From the NCBI GenBank assembly GCA_963716895.1, contig CAVQUJ010000010.1:1868942-1932941 (forward strand): DNA of 64,000 bases, in the 5' to 3' direction. How positions within the stretch are numbered: the stretch's first letter is position 1; each line of letters opens with the position of its first letter. A program made the translations under genes and the position numbers. The DNA is from an uncultured delta proteobacterium. Lineage in GTDB: Bacteria > Myxococcota_A > UBA9160 > UBA6930. Shown in pieces: positions 13,308-24,655 of the stretch. The notes below the pieces were generated by a model. It searched no databases and had not been told where the DNA came from. It saw only the letters and a list, made by a program, of their open reading frames with translations.

Positions 13308-13380
13308 CAATTCGCGCCGCTACGGCGGGCTCGGCCGGGTTGACAATTCGCGCCGCTACGGCGGGCTCGGCCGGGTTGAT
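13283..13380. repeat. 36-bp direct tandem repeat, about 2.7 copies, each carrying TTGACA; spans the smr stop codon and the aroC upstream region
   Basis: gctacggcgggc(g/t)cggccgggTTGACAattcgcgcc x2, then truncated gctacggcgggctcggccgggTTGATattctc. ATG of aroC is at 13396. Confidence 0.8.
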
Positions 13381-13395
13381 ATTCTCGCGCGAGCC

Positions 13396-14490
<1,095 letters not shown>

Positions 14491-14523
14491 CAGCGTCCGA
14501 GTAGCGCCGCGAGATCCACATCA

Positions 14524-16182
14524 TCACTTCGGCGCGCTCCCCGCCTCGGACGTGAAGCGGCGCGCGTCGGCGAGCTCGGGGCGTCCGGGGCTGTCGGCGC
14601 GCTCGCAGGTCTTCAGGAGGCGCGCGTAGTGCTGCGCCGCCGCCTGCGCGGTCTCCGGCTTGCGCGGCCGCCGCGGCGGCGCCGGCGAGGGCCCGAAAGC
14701 GGTCGGGCTCCTTCTGCAGGGTCGCCGTCGAACTGCTCGAGGGCCTGCGCCGGCTGCGTGCACCTCCAGCAGCATCTCGCCGAGCAGCTCCCGGGCCGGC
14801 GCGATCGGACCCGGCGTGATGGCGTTCTTCTCGGTCCCGTCCTCCAGCTCGGCCGCCGCGCGCATCTCGGCGAGGGCCTCCGCTCTGCGGCCCTCGGCGC
14901 AGCGCGAGCCACGCCGCGACGCTGCGCTCCTGGATCTCGACCTGGGCGGCCCAGTAGCCCTCGTCGGCGGCGACGAGGCGGCCGTGGATCTGCTGCGAGG
15001 GCGTCGATCGCCGACCGCGCCGCCGCGCTCGTCGCCGGCGCGTGCGGCGCCGATGCCGCGGGCGAAGTAGGTCATCGCCTCGGTGAACGGGAACCGGCTC
15101 GGGCGCGGCTCCAGCTTCGCGGCCTCGCCCCATGCGTGGCGCTCGAGCGCCCAGCGGGCGGGGATCGCGGCGAGCGCGAAGACGCCGGCCACACCGGGAG
15201 CCGCCGAAGCCGACCGCGTCCGGATCGAAGCGCGCGGCGATCTCGGGCAGGGAGTCGAGCAGCCGTCTCGCCGCCGCGTCCTGGCCGGTCTGCAGGTACG
15301 CGTACATCTCGTAGTCGGTGGCGTGCAGCTCCTCCGCCGTGGCGCCGTCGCGCTTCGCCGCGGCCGCCGAGGCGATGTTCGTCGTCGATGGACTCCTGCC
15401 AGTAGCCGAGACGCGTGAAGGTGTGCGACGGCATGTGCAGCGCGTGGGGCGCCGAGGGCGCGATCCGCGCGTAGCGCCGGGCGGCCTCCAGCGCCCGCGG
15501 CGCGAGCGCCGGCACGTCGTAGCTGTGGATGATGTAGTGGGCGAGGCCCGGGTGGTCCGGGTGCGTGGCGAACAGCGGCTCGAGGATCGCGCCCGCCTTC
15601 AGCGAGGTCGGCGTAGGTCTTGTCGGTCGGCGGCACCGACTGCGCGAGCGCCAGCGCGTAGAAGATCGCGGCCTCCATGTCCTCGGGGTGGCGCGCGGCG
15701 AGGGCGGCCATCGCGTCGCGGTAGGCGAGTGACGCGCGTGTGCTGGTCCCGGTGCTCGGCGTCCCGGTACAGCTCGGCGGCTGCGGCGATGTAGGCGCTT
15801 CTCGCGCTCGCTCCTGGCGCCGGCGCGCCGCGCCTGATCGATCGCCTCCTGCCCCCGCCGGATCTGCGCCGGCGCCTTCTGGCCGGCCGCGAACGGGATT
15901 GCCCCACGATGCGAGGGCAAGGCCCCAGTAAGCGATGCCGCAGGAGGGGTCGGCTCGCGCGACGTCGTCGAACCCTGCGATGGCCGGAGCGAACTCGAAG
16001 GAGTGGAGCAGGGCGACGGCGCGATCGAACCGCGTCTGCACGGCCGCGCTGCAGGACGTCTCGAAGTGGACCGTCCCGAACTGCGGCTGGGATGCCGGAG
16101 CCTGTCGCTCCTGGCCTTCTCCGACCTGGGCGAGGAGCATCGATGCCAGCGCCGCCGCGAGCCCGATCCGCTTGGTCACCAT
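14524..16182 (-). CDS. Secreted TPR-like repeat protein of unknown function; at least eight frameshifts
   Basis: Signal peptide MVTKRIGLAAALASMLLAQ, then HFETSCSAAVQTRFDRAVALLHSFEFAPAIAGFDDVARADPSCGIAYWGLALASWGNP. Later segments (HPDHPGLAHYIIHSYDVPALAPRALEAARRYARIAPSAPHALHMPSHTFTRLGYWQESIDD, MYAYLQTGQDAAARRLLDSL) sit in alternate frames. Confidence 0.5.
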   Translation of the reverse strand: MVTKRIGLAAALASMLLAQVGEGQERQAPASQPQFGTVHFETSCSAAVQTRFDRAVALLHSFEFAPAIAGFDDVARADPSCGIAYWGLALASWGNPVRGRPEGAGADPAGAGGDRSGAARRRQERAREAPTSPQPPSCTGTPSTGTSTRASLAYRDAMAALAARHPEDMEAAIFYALALAQSVPPTDKTYADLAEGGRDPRAAVRHAPGPPGPRPLHHPQLRRAGARAAGAGGRPALRADRALGAPRAAHAVAHLHASRLLAGVHRRRTSPRRPRRSATAPRRRSCTPPTTRCTRTCRPARTRRRDGCSTPCPRSPRASIRTRSASAAPGVAGVFALAAIPARWALERHAWGEAAKLEPRPSRFPFTEAMTYFARGIGAARAGDERGGAVGDRRPRSRSTAASSPPTRATGPPRSRSRSAASRRGSRCAEGRRAEALAEMRAAAELEDGTEKNAITPGPIAPARELLGEMLLEVHAAGAGPRAVRRRPCRRSPTAFGPSPAPPRRPRKPETAQAAAQHYARLLKTCERADSPGRPELADARRFTSEAGSAPK

Positions 16183-16250
16183 CGAGGGACCCTACTCCCT
16201 TTGGAACCTCGAGGCCCAAGGCGCGCGCGCTTGACGCGCTGCCGCGCTGA

Positions 16251-16739
16251 CTACTTCGCCAGCCGGATCACCGCGAGGTAGTCCGCCGGGCCTCGGTCTC
16301 CGTAGCCCCAGAGACGGATGTAGCCGGTCGCCTGCGCATACTTCCCGTTGCCGCCGGTGATGACGTGCATGCTGATGTACGGCCGATCGGGCGATTCGCC
16401 GTGATAGACCGCGTTGACCTTCGCCGTGAGGTCGCCGTCGGGGAGATGGATGATCTCGTTCTCCGTGATGGAGAAGACCCCGGCCGGCTCGACGGGATTC
16501 ATGCTCGTCACCGCGGTGGCGCCGTCGCCCTCGATCGAGCCGGTGTACGTCTCGCGCGAGCAGCGCCCGAGGAGTGAAACTCCGGCGTCGCCGCAGACGG
16601 GAGCCTCGTAGACCTCGAACGCGACGTGACCCTCGATGCGCACGGAATCGCCGCTCGCGCCGCCGCCATCGGTGCTGCACGCGAGCGTGGACGCTGCGAT
16701 CAGGCCGAGGAGCGGCGCGAGTCGGACGGCGGCTTGCAT
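16251..16739 (-). CDS. Hypothetical lipoprotein, intact
   Basis: Lipobox LIAASTLAC followed by a 140-aa mature domain; 13 nt downstream of a co-directional membrane-protein gene. Confidence 0.5.
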   Translation of the reverse strand: MQAAVRLAPLLGLIAASTLACSTDGGGASGDSVRIEGHVAFEVYEAPVCGDAGVSLLGRCSRETYTGSIEGDGATAVTSMNPVEPAGVFSITENEIIHLPDGDLTAKVNAVYHGESPDRPYISMHVITGGNGKYAQATGYIRLWGYGDRGPADYLAVIRLAK

Positions 16740-16751
16740 GTCGGTTCTCCC

Positions 16752-17132
16752 TCAGGGCAGCAGCACGAAGCCGGTCCCGAGGGCGGCCGCGGCGAGGAGC
16801 ACGGATAGCGCCGCGAGCCGCGCGTGCCACTCGACGGCGCGACTGTGGCCGTGCTCGAGGCGCCAGCCGAGCGTGCCCGTAGCGAGGAACGACGCGAGCG
16901 CGGTGCTCGCGACGGCGCTGTGCGCGGTACCGAAGGCGTCCCAGCCGCGCAGGAGCACCGACGAGGCGAGGCCGGCGGCGAAGCCGATGGAGATGAGCAC
17001 GAGCGCGGGCTTGGCGAGGCGCAGATGCCGCCGGTACGCCTCGGCCGAGCGCCGCTGCCCGAGCCGGCGCGCGCGCCGCAGCGCGAGTCCCGCGCGCAAC
17101 GCGGCGGCCGCGAGCGCGAGCGAGCCCAGCAT
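16752..17132 (-). CDS. Hypothetical integral membrane protein (3-4 TM)
   Basis: Hydrophobic segments LALAAAALRAGLAL, VLISIGFAAGLASSVLL, ALASFLATGTLGW, LAALSVLLAAAALGTGFVLL. The frame stays open upstream so the start may be earlier. Confidence 0.4.
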   Translation of the reverse strand: MLGSLALAAAALRAGLALRRARRLGQRRSAEAYRRHLRLAKPALVLISIGFAAGLASSVLLRGWDAFGTAHSAVASTALASFLATGTLGWRLEHGHSRAVEWHARLAALSVLLAAAALGTGFVLLP

Positions 17133-17197
17133 CCAGAGAGGATGCAGATACGCGAGGTAGAAGGCGAGCGCGTCGTGGCCGGTCCTGTCAGCCAGGC

Positions 17198-17926
17198 TTA
17201 CTCGACCTTGTGGATCGCGTCAGACGGCAGCCGCACGAGCAGCGCGTCGAGCGCGCGCTGGAGGTAGCCCGCGTCGCGCGACTCGAGCGTGAGCAGCACG
17301 TGGAACGACTCTTCGCCGATCTTCGGGTACGAGCCGAGCATCAGCTCCGGGTACTGCTCGAGCAGCGCGTTCAGCTCGGCCGCGATGTCGCTCTCCCGAC
17401 GCTTCACGAAGACGCGCTTCAGCAGCACCGGCACGCCGCGGAAGCGCTCGCGCATCGATTCGAACTTCTTGCGCAGCAGCTCCGGAATGCCGGGGAAGAC
17501 GTACACGTTCTCGACCACGACGACGGGGAACCAGAGGTCGCCGGCGTCGATCAAGCAGCGCGCCGTCGGGAACCATCGCCATCTTGAGCTGGCTCTCGTT
17601 CGCCGGGCGGCCCTGCGCGCGCTCGATGCGCTCGGCGATCGCGTCGCTCCGCAGCACCTTGCTTGCCGAAGGCGAGCGCCACGCCGTCCATGGTGAGGTC
17701 GTCGTGGGTCGGGCCGATGCCGCCCGAGGTGAACACCACGTCGTAGGCCTGCGGAGAGCGCGCTCACCTCGCGCGCGATGACGCGCACGTCGTCGGGGAT
17801 GGTGAGGATGCGCTCCACGTCCACGCCGAGCGCGCGCAGCTCGCGGCATAGGTACGGCGAGTTCGTGTCGGTGACCTTTCCCGACAGGATCTCGTTGCCG
17901 ATGATCAGGATCCCGGCGCTGGCCAT
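17198..17926 (-). CDS. cinA: CinA-like molybdopterin-binding (MoCF_biosynth) domain protein; about three frameshifts
   Basis: [99 protein letters not shown]. Confidence 0.6.
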   Translation of the reverse strand: MASAGILIIGNEILSGKVTDTNSPYLCRELRALGVDVERILTIPDDVRVIAREVSALSAGLRRGVHLGRHRPDPRRPHHGRRGARLRQARCCGATRSPSASSARRAARRTRASSRWRWFPTARCLIDAGDLWFPVVVVENVYVFPGIPELLRKKFESMRERFRGVPVLLKRVFVKRRESDIAAELNALLEQYPELMLGSYPKIGEESFHVLLTLESRDAGYLQRALDALLVRLPSDAIHKVE

Positions 17927-17955
17927 CGGGCGGAGAGTATCGGAGACTCGGCCGC

Positions 17956-18264
17956 ATGCCCTGCGCCGTGAGCTTCCAGCGTCGCCGCGGCGGCGCTCGC
18001 GAGACGGTGATCCGCGAAGTGCCGGAGGGCACCACGCTGCTCGACGCGGCGCGGGCGGCCGGGCTCCCGATCGCGCGCGCCTGCACGGGGCGCGGGCTGT
18101 GCGGGCGCTGCGACCTCGAGATCCTCGACGGGCGCAGCTGCCTTTCGCCCGAGGCAGAGGACGAGCGCGAGACCCTCGCGCGCGACCAGCTGCCCGCCTC
18201 GCGGCGGCTCTCGTGCCAGGCCCGCGTGCACGGGCCGGTGCTCGCCACCGCCGGCTACTGGTGA
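17956..18264 (+). CDS. 2Fe-2S ferredoxin, intact
   Basis: ACTGRGLCGRCDLEILDG...LSCQARV cysteine ligand pattern; 102 aa. Stop TGA overlaps the GTG of the next gene (TGGTGAAG). Confidence 0.7.
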   Translation: MPCAVSFQRRRGGARETVIREVPEGTTLLDAARAAGLPIARACTGRGLCGRCDLEILDGRSCLSPEAEDERETLARDQLPASRRLSCQARVHGPVLATAGYW

Positions 18265-18650
18265 AGCGCCGAGCCGCCCGGAAGCGCGCCGTCGTCCTCG
18301 TCGATCACGGCAGCCGCGAGCGCGAGGCGAACCGCCAGCTCGCCGCGATCGCCGTTGCGCTCGGCCGCCGGCTGCCCGGGCGCACGATCGCGACGGCGCA
18401 CCTCGCCCTCGCCCGGCCCGCGCTGCCCGAGGCGATCGACGCCTGCGTCGCCGCGGGTGCGCGCGAGATCGTGGTGATGCCCTACTTCCTCGGCGCCGGG
18501 CCGCCACGCGAGCCGGGACGTGCCGCGCCTCGCCCGCGAAGCCCGCGCGCGGCATCCGGGCGTGCGCATCCGCGTCGCGACGCCGCTCGGCGTCCACGCG
18601 GGGCTCGTCGCGGCCGTGGCTGGAACGGGTGCGCGCGGCGGCGCGTTAGA
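18261..18650 (+). CDS. cbiX: CbiX/SirB-type sirohydrochlorin chelatase (small form); one frameshift near 18505, 3' end approximate
   Basis: AVVLVDHGSREREANRQLAAIAVALGRRLPGRTIATAHL...EAIDACVAAGAREIVVMPYFLGAG then (shifted) RHASRDVPRLAREARARHPGVRIRVATPLGVHAGLV. Confidence 0.6.
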
Positions 18651-18924
18651 CGCGTCCCGCGAAGCGCTTCTCCTGGAGGTTCCAGTTGAAGTTGGCGCGG
18701 ATGCAGCCGCTCAACGTCAACACCGCGACGCTGAACACGAGCCGGAGCAGGAACGGCGCGCTCCAGAGCGCGCCCGGGAACTCGCCGCCGAGCGCGCCTT
18801 CGATCGCCACGGCGACGAGCGCGCCGAGCGGCAGGCCGCGCCCGAGGAAGCCGTAGCGGAACAGGAAGGCGCTCTTGCCGCGCGCCCGCACGGTCGGCCA
18901 CTCGTCGGCTCGCCAGCTTCGCAT
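18646..18924 (-). CDS. Possible small two-TM membrane protein, divergent from tetR
   Basis: 92-aa ORF with hydrophobic stretches LPLGALVAVAIEGALGG and FLLRLVFSVAVLTLSGCI; no homology recognised. Could be GC-rich noise. Confidence 0.25.
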   Translation of the reverse strand: MRSWRADEWPTVRARGKSAFLFRYGFLGRGLPLGALVAVAIEGALGGEFPGALWSAPFLLRLVFSVAVLTLSGCIRANFNWNLQEKRFAGRV

Positions 18925-18980
18925 CGCCGCACAGCATGCCGCGGCGCGCTCTTCCGGGAGAGCCCATCCCTCTTAAGTTT

Positions 18981-19032
18981 CCAATTATTCCCCAGGGGAA
19001 TATACGAATTGGACGAATCACGTTCAATTCGT
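18981..19032. promoter_or_regulatory. Candidate TetR operator(s): imperfect palindromes in the relatively AT-rich tetR upstream region
   Basis: CCAATTATTCCCC-A-GGGGAATATACGAATTGG (7-bp perfect core ATTCCCC/GGGGAAT) followed by ACGAAT-N8-ATTCGT; lies 14-65 bp upstream of the tetR GTG start. Confidence 0.4.
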
Positions 19033-19045
19033 ACAATCCTCCTTC

Positions 19046-19687
19046 GTGAGCGAAGTCGCCCCCCAAGCGCTGACGCCCCGCTCGGATCGTGCCGGGCGCA
19101 CGCGCCAGCGCATCCTCGACGCCGCCGCCCAGTGCTTCGCGGCGAGCGGCTTCTCGCGCACCACCGTCGAGCAGATCGCCGCGGGCGCCGGCGTCTCGAA
19201 GGCGCTCGTCTATCACCACTTCCGCGCCAAGGAAGCGATCTTCGAGGAGCTGCTCGAGCGGACGCTCACCGAGTGGGCGCGCGTCGGGCGCATCGACGAG
19301 CACCTCACGGCCGGCGGCACGGTGGTCGATGCACTTGCTGGCATGGTGCGAGCATCGCTCGCGTACGCGCGCAGCAACCCGCTGGTGCGCTCGCTCTATC
19401 AGTTCGATCCGCTGGTGGTGAGCTTCGTCGGCTCGAGCGCGGCCGTGCGCAAGCACTCGGACGAAGGCCGAGCGCGGCTGGTCGATGCGATCCGGCGCGG
19501 CGTCGATGCCGGCGACCTGCGCCGCGACCTCGATCCCGCCCGAGTCGCCGACGTCGCGCGCATGCTCATCATGGCGATGATCGACCACATGCTGAACCCC
19601 GAATGGCTCGACGCGTCGGACGAGCGCTTCGTGGAGACCTGCCTCGAAGTCCTGTTCCACGGCGTGGCTGCCCCGAGGACCCCGTGA
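19046..19687 (+). CDS. TetR/AcrR family transcriptional regulator, intact
   Basis: RQRILDAAAQCFAASGFSRTTVEQIAAGAGVSKALVYHHFRAKEAIFEELL is the TetR_N HTH; 213 aa. Confidence 0.8.
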   Translation: MSEVAPQALTPRSDRAGRTRQRILDAAAQCFAASGFSRTTVEQIAAGAGVSKALVYHHFRAKEAIFEELLERTLTEWARVGRIDEHLTAGGTVVDALAGMVRASLAYARSNPLVRSLYQFDPLVVSFVGSSAAVRKHSDEGRARLVDAIRRGVDAGDLRRDLDPARVADVARMLIMAMIDHMLNPEWLDASDERFVETCLEVLFHGVAAPRTP

Positions 19688-20826
19688 GGACGCGCTGGAC
19701 GAGCCTGCTGCTCGTGCTCCCGCTCGCCTGCGGCGGTCCGTCGTCGGAGCAGGCCGAGAAGGCCGAGTCGAACGTCGCGCTGGCGGCGCCCGCCGCTCCC
19801 GCGCCCGCGCCCGAGCGCGTCGAGACCCAACGCGTCGAGACGGCCCAGCTGAAGGCCACCATCGCGGCCTCGGGCACGATCGAGGCGCGGCGCATCACCG
19901 AGCTCGGCAGCGAGGTGCCGGGGCGCATCGTGGCCGTGCTCGTGGACGTCGGCGACCGCGTCGAAGCGGACGCGCCGCTGTTCCGCATCGACCCGGGCCC
20001 CTACCGCATGGCGCTCGCGGAGGCGGAGGCCGGCCTCACGCTCGCACGCGCCGAGAACGCCAACGCCCAGTCGGAAGCGGCGCGCGTGCGGCTGCTGCTG
20101 GAGCAGAGCGTCGCGTCGCAGCAGCGCTACGAGCAGCTCCGTACGCAGGCCGAGGTGGCGCACGCCCACGTGGCGCAGATGGAGGCGCGCCTCGAGAAGG
20201 CGCGGCGTGATCTCGCGCAGACGGAGGTGCGGGCGCCCTACGCCGCGAGCGTGGTGGAGCGCCGTGCGCACGAGGGCGCGATGGCGGGCCAGGCGCCGAT
20301 CCTCGTGCTGCAGGAGAGCCGGCGCGCTCGAAGCACTCCTGAACGTGCCGGAAGCCACGCCGGTCGCGGTGCGCGCGGGCGACGTCGTGCGTCTCTTCGT
20401 CGAGGGTCTGCCGGATCCGATCGAGGCGACGGTGGCGAGCGTGAGCCAGCGCGTGGACCCGGGCACGCGCACCTACGAAGTCCGCGCCGACGTGGTGGAC
20501 GCGAGCGGCCAGCTGAAGGCCGGCTCCTACGCGCGCGCCGAGCTGCACGTGAGCCGCGACGAGGCGCGCCCCGTCGTGCACCGCTCGGCGGTGCTGACGC
20601 GGGACGGGCGCAGCTTCGTGCTGAAGGTGGAAGACGGCGTCGTCCGCTACGCGCCGGTGCGCGTGGGCGTGTCGGAAGGCGAGCAGGTCGAGCTGCTGAG
20701 CGGCGTCGTCGCGGGCGAGGTCGTGGTGCGGGGCGAGGCGACGACCCGCCTCGCGGACGGCACACGCGTCGCGCTCTCGCCGGATGGCGCGCAGGCCGCG
20801 AACGAGCTGCCGGAGCCCAGCTCGTG
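19684..20826 (+). CDS. RND efflux membrane fusion protein (HlyD/AcrA family) lipoprotein; one frameshift near 20320
   Basis: Lipobox LLLVLPLACGG, VETAQLKATIAASGTIEARRITELGSEVPGRIVAVLVDVGDRVEADAPLFRIDP, coiled-coil region, VRAPYAASVVERRAHEGAM. Confidence 0.75.
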
Positions 20827-23800
20827 AACCTCGCGGAGATCTCGATCCGCCGCCCCGTCTTCGCCGCCATGCTGATTCTCGGCCTGGTGGTGCTCGGTCT
20901 GATCTCGCTCGGCCGCCTCGAGCTCAAGCTCGATCCGAAGATCGACTTCCCGTACGCCATGGTGGTGACCGAGCTGCGCGGCGCCTCGCCGGAGACGGTC
21001 GAGCGCGAGGTCACGCAGGTTCTCGAGGAGCAGGTCAACTCGATCGAGGGCATCCGCAACCTCTCCTCGACCTCGTCGGAGGGCCTCTCGCGCCTCCATC
21101 TCGAGTTCGGGCTCGACTACGACATCGACGTCAAGATCCAGGAGGTGCGCGACAAGGTCGCGCTGGCGCGGCCCCTGCTGCCGATCGACGTCGAAGACCC
21201 GGTGGTCCAGAAGTTCGACCTCACGGCCGTGGGCTTCCTCACCGTGGTGCTCGGCGGGCCGCTCGGCCAGCGCGAGCTCTCGGACTTCGCCGAGAACGAG
21301 GTGAAGGAACGGCTCGAGCGCGTGTCGGGCGTGGGCGGCGTCAACGTCGTCGGCTCGCGCAAGCGCGAGATCCGCATCTGGCTCGATCCGCTGCGGCTCA
21401 CGGGCTACGGGCTCTCGATCGACGACGTCGCCGACACGCTGCGCCGCGAGAACGCCGAGCTCGCGAGCGGCCGCATCGAGGGCGCCGAGCGCGAGTGGTC
21501 CGTCACCACGCAGGGCAAGGCAAAGAACGTGGGGGAGTTCGGCGAGATCATCGTCGCCGAGCGGGGCGGGCGCGCCGTCAAGCTCCGCGACGTGGCCGTC
21601 GTCGAAGACGGCATGGCCGAGGCCAAGAGCATCGCACGCCTGAACGGCAACCCGGGCGTCGCGCTCGAGGTCCAGCAGCAGAGCGGCTCGGACCTGGTGG
21701 CTGCGGCGCGCGAGATCCGCGTCCAGCTCGACAAGATCCGCGCCCAGGCGCCGCCCGGCGTGGAGATCACGATCGCGCGCGACTACGCGAAGATCATCGA
21801 GGATCAGATCTCCTCCGTGCTGGTAGACATGGTGCTGGCGGCGCTGCTGGTCGTCGCGGTGGTGCTGTTGTTCCTGCGCAACTACCGCTCCACGCTGATC
21901 GCCGGCGTCGCCATCCCGACGAGCGTGATCTCCAGCTTCACGCTGCTCTACGCGCTCGACCTCTCGCTCAACAGCATGACGCTGATGGCCCTATCGCTCG
22001 CCGTCGGCCTCGTGATCGACGACGCCATCGTCGTGCTCGAGAGCATCTTCCGGAAGGTCGAGCAGGGGCAGGACTCGATGACCGCGGCGCTCGCGGGCTC
22101 CAAGGAAGTCGGCATGGCGGTGGTCTCGACGACGCTCGCGGTGTGCGGCGTGTTCGTCCCGATCCGCTTCATGCAGAGCACGGTGGGCCGCTACTTCTTC
22201 GAGTTCGGCGTCACGGTCACCGTCGCGGTGTGCGTGTCGGCGCTGGTCGCGCTGACGCTCACGCCGATGCTCGCGAGCCGCGTGCTGCGCCAGACGCCCA
22301 AGGAAGGCCCGGTCTTCCGCTATCTCGAACGCGGCCTCGTCGCGCTCGAGCGCAGCTACGAGAGGCTGCTGCACGGCGCGCTGCGCCACCGCGTCGTCAC
22401 CGCCCTGCTCGCTGCCGTGACCGTGTTCGGCGGCTGCTACGTCGCCTCGACGCTGCCGCTCAACTACTTCACCAAGGACGACATGAGCGAGGCGCAGGTG
22501 AACGTGAAGCTGCCGATCGGCACGCCGCTTGCGGTGACCGACCGCTCGCTGCGCGAGATGGAAGCCATCGTCGCGAAGCATCCCTACGTGCGCGCCGTGT
22601 TCGCGACGGCCGGAGACCAGCGCCAGCACGAGCCCCACAAGGCGAAGCTGGACGTGCTGCTGCTCCCGAAGGACGAGCGCAAGGTGCCGATCGACACGAC
22701 CTTCGAGGAGCTGCGCTCGAGCATCGTCGCCGGCGTGTCCGGGCTCGAGTCCGTGACCGTGAGCCATCCCGAGTACGCGAGCTCGAGCGGCGAGGGCTAC
22801 AGCGAGATCATGTACGGCATCGAGGGACCGAACCTCGACCGCCTCGCGTTCTACGCGCACACGATCGAGATGCGCATGAAGGGGGACCCGGCGTTCCGCG
22901 ACGTCCGCACCTCGTGGGAGACGGGACGCCCGGAGGTCCGGCTCGACGTGGATCGCGGCCGCGCAGCCGACGTCGGCGTCTCGGCGGTGGCGCTCGGCCG
23001 CACGCTGCGCACGCTCCTGGCCGGCGAGAAGGTCGGCTCCTTCGAGGACGTCGGCGAGCGCTACGACGTGCGGGTGCAGGTGCTGCCCGAGTACCGCGAC
23101 GACCCGAGCAAGATCGACCTGATCCGCGTGCGCTCGCTCGACGGGCGAGCTCGTGCCGATCACGAACGCTGCCTCGGTGGAGGTGGCCGAGGGGCCGGTG
23201 CAGGTGAACCGGCACAACCGCGCGCGCATGATCCGCCTGTACGCCAACACCGCGACGGGCTCGTCGCTCTCCGAGCTGGTGACGAAGATCCAGGGCTTCG
23301 CGAAGGAGGCGGGCGTCGCGCCGCCCTACACGCTGGTGCCGGGCGGCCAGGCCGAATCGGGCATCGAGGCGGCGCGCGACCTCGTGTTCGCGCTCGGCCT
23401 CGCGATGGTGTCGATCTACATGATCCTCGCCTCGCTCTTCAATTCGATCACGCACCCGTTCACGATCATGATGTCCGCGCCGCTCTCGTTCATCGGCGGC
23501 TTCCTCGCGCTCAAGCTCGCGGGCATGTCGATGGACATGATGAGCGGCATGGGGCTGCTCGTGCTGATGGGCCTGGTGATGAAGAACGGCATCCTGCTCG
23601 TGGACTACATCAACCAGCTGCGCGAGCAGGGCCTCGCGCGCGACGAGGCGGTCCTGCGCGCGGGGCCCGTGCGGCTGCGACCGGTGCTGATGACGTCCGC
23701 CGCGCTGGTGTTCGGGCTGCTGCCGATGGCACTCTCCAATGCGACGGGCGCGCAGTTTCGCGCACCGATGGCGGTGATCGTGATCGGCGGGCTCGCGACC

Positions 23801-23941
23801 TCGACGGCGCTCACGCTCGTGGTGGTGCCCGTCTTCTACACGCTGGTCGACGGCGGGACGGACCGCGTGCGGCGTCTCTTCGCGAACGGGCTCGCGGCGC
23901 TGCGGCGCCGGCGCACGCAGCCGGCGCGAACGACCCCGTAG
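20823..23941 (+). CDS. RND multidrug efflux transporter (AcrB/HAE1 family); one frameshift near 23150
   Basis: MNLAEISIRRPVFAAMLILGLVVLG, ALSLAVGLVIDDAIVVLESI, GMGLLVLMGLVMKNGILLVDYINQLREQG; about 1040 aa, 12-TM architecture. Confidence 0.85.
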
Positions 23942-23942
23942 C

Positions 23943-24655
23943 GTGGAGAAGCTCGCCTACGTCGTGTGGAAGCGAGCTGCGGAGCCCGATGCGCGGTTCG
24001 CGCAGCGCCTGCTCGAAGAGGTGGCGCCGCGCCTGCGCTCCCGGGCCGAGCGGCTCTGCATCTCGGTAGTGGACGACGACGTCGCCGCCGGCGCGAAGCT
24101 CCGGCTGGGCAAGCAGGATCCGCCGAAGGCGGGGCTCGTCTCGTTCTGGCTCGAGCAGAGCCAGGAGCGTGCCGAAGCGGAAGCGATCCTGCCGCGCGTC
24201 GCTGCGAGCGCATCGCCGGCTACCTGGTGGTGGAGTCGCGCCCGCTCGTGAACGACACGCAGCGCGCGCCGCTCGGGCGAACGCACGCCGGGCTTCGCGC
24301 TCGTCACCTGCATCGAGGCGAAGGACGGCCTCTCGCACGACGAGTTCATCCGGCTCTGGTACGACGGTGCAGCGCGACACCGCGATCGAGACGCAGAGCA
24401 CCTTCGGCTACGTGCGAAACGAGATCGTGCGCGCGCTCACGCCCGACGCGCCCGCGCTGGCACGCGATCGTCGAGGAGAACTTCCCGATCGGCGCGCTCA
24501 GCGATCCCGCGGTGTTCTACGACGCCGCCGGCGATCCCGGCGAAGCTGCGCACGAACCAGGAGCGCATGTTCCGCGCGGTGCAGGGCTTCCTCGCGCTCG
24601 ACCGCGTCGAGTCGCACCCGATGAGCGAGTACGTCTTCTCGGTGGCGCCTCGCTA
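23943..24655 (+). CDS. Hypothetical protein (possibly tandem EthD/Dabb-like domains); multiple frameshifts
   Basis: MEKLAYVVWKRAAEPDARFAQRLLEEVAPRLRS...GYLVVESRPLVNDTQRAPLG...HDEFIRLWYD...VQRDTAIETQSTFGYVRNEIVRALTPDAP...NQERMFRAVQGFLALDRVESHPMSEYVFSVAPR*, spread across frames. Confidence 0.35.
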
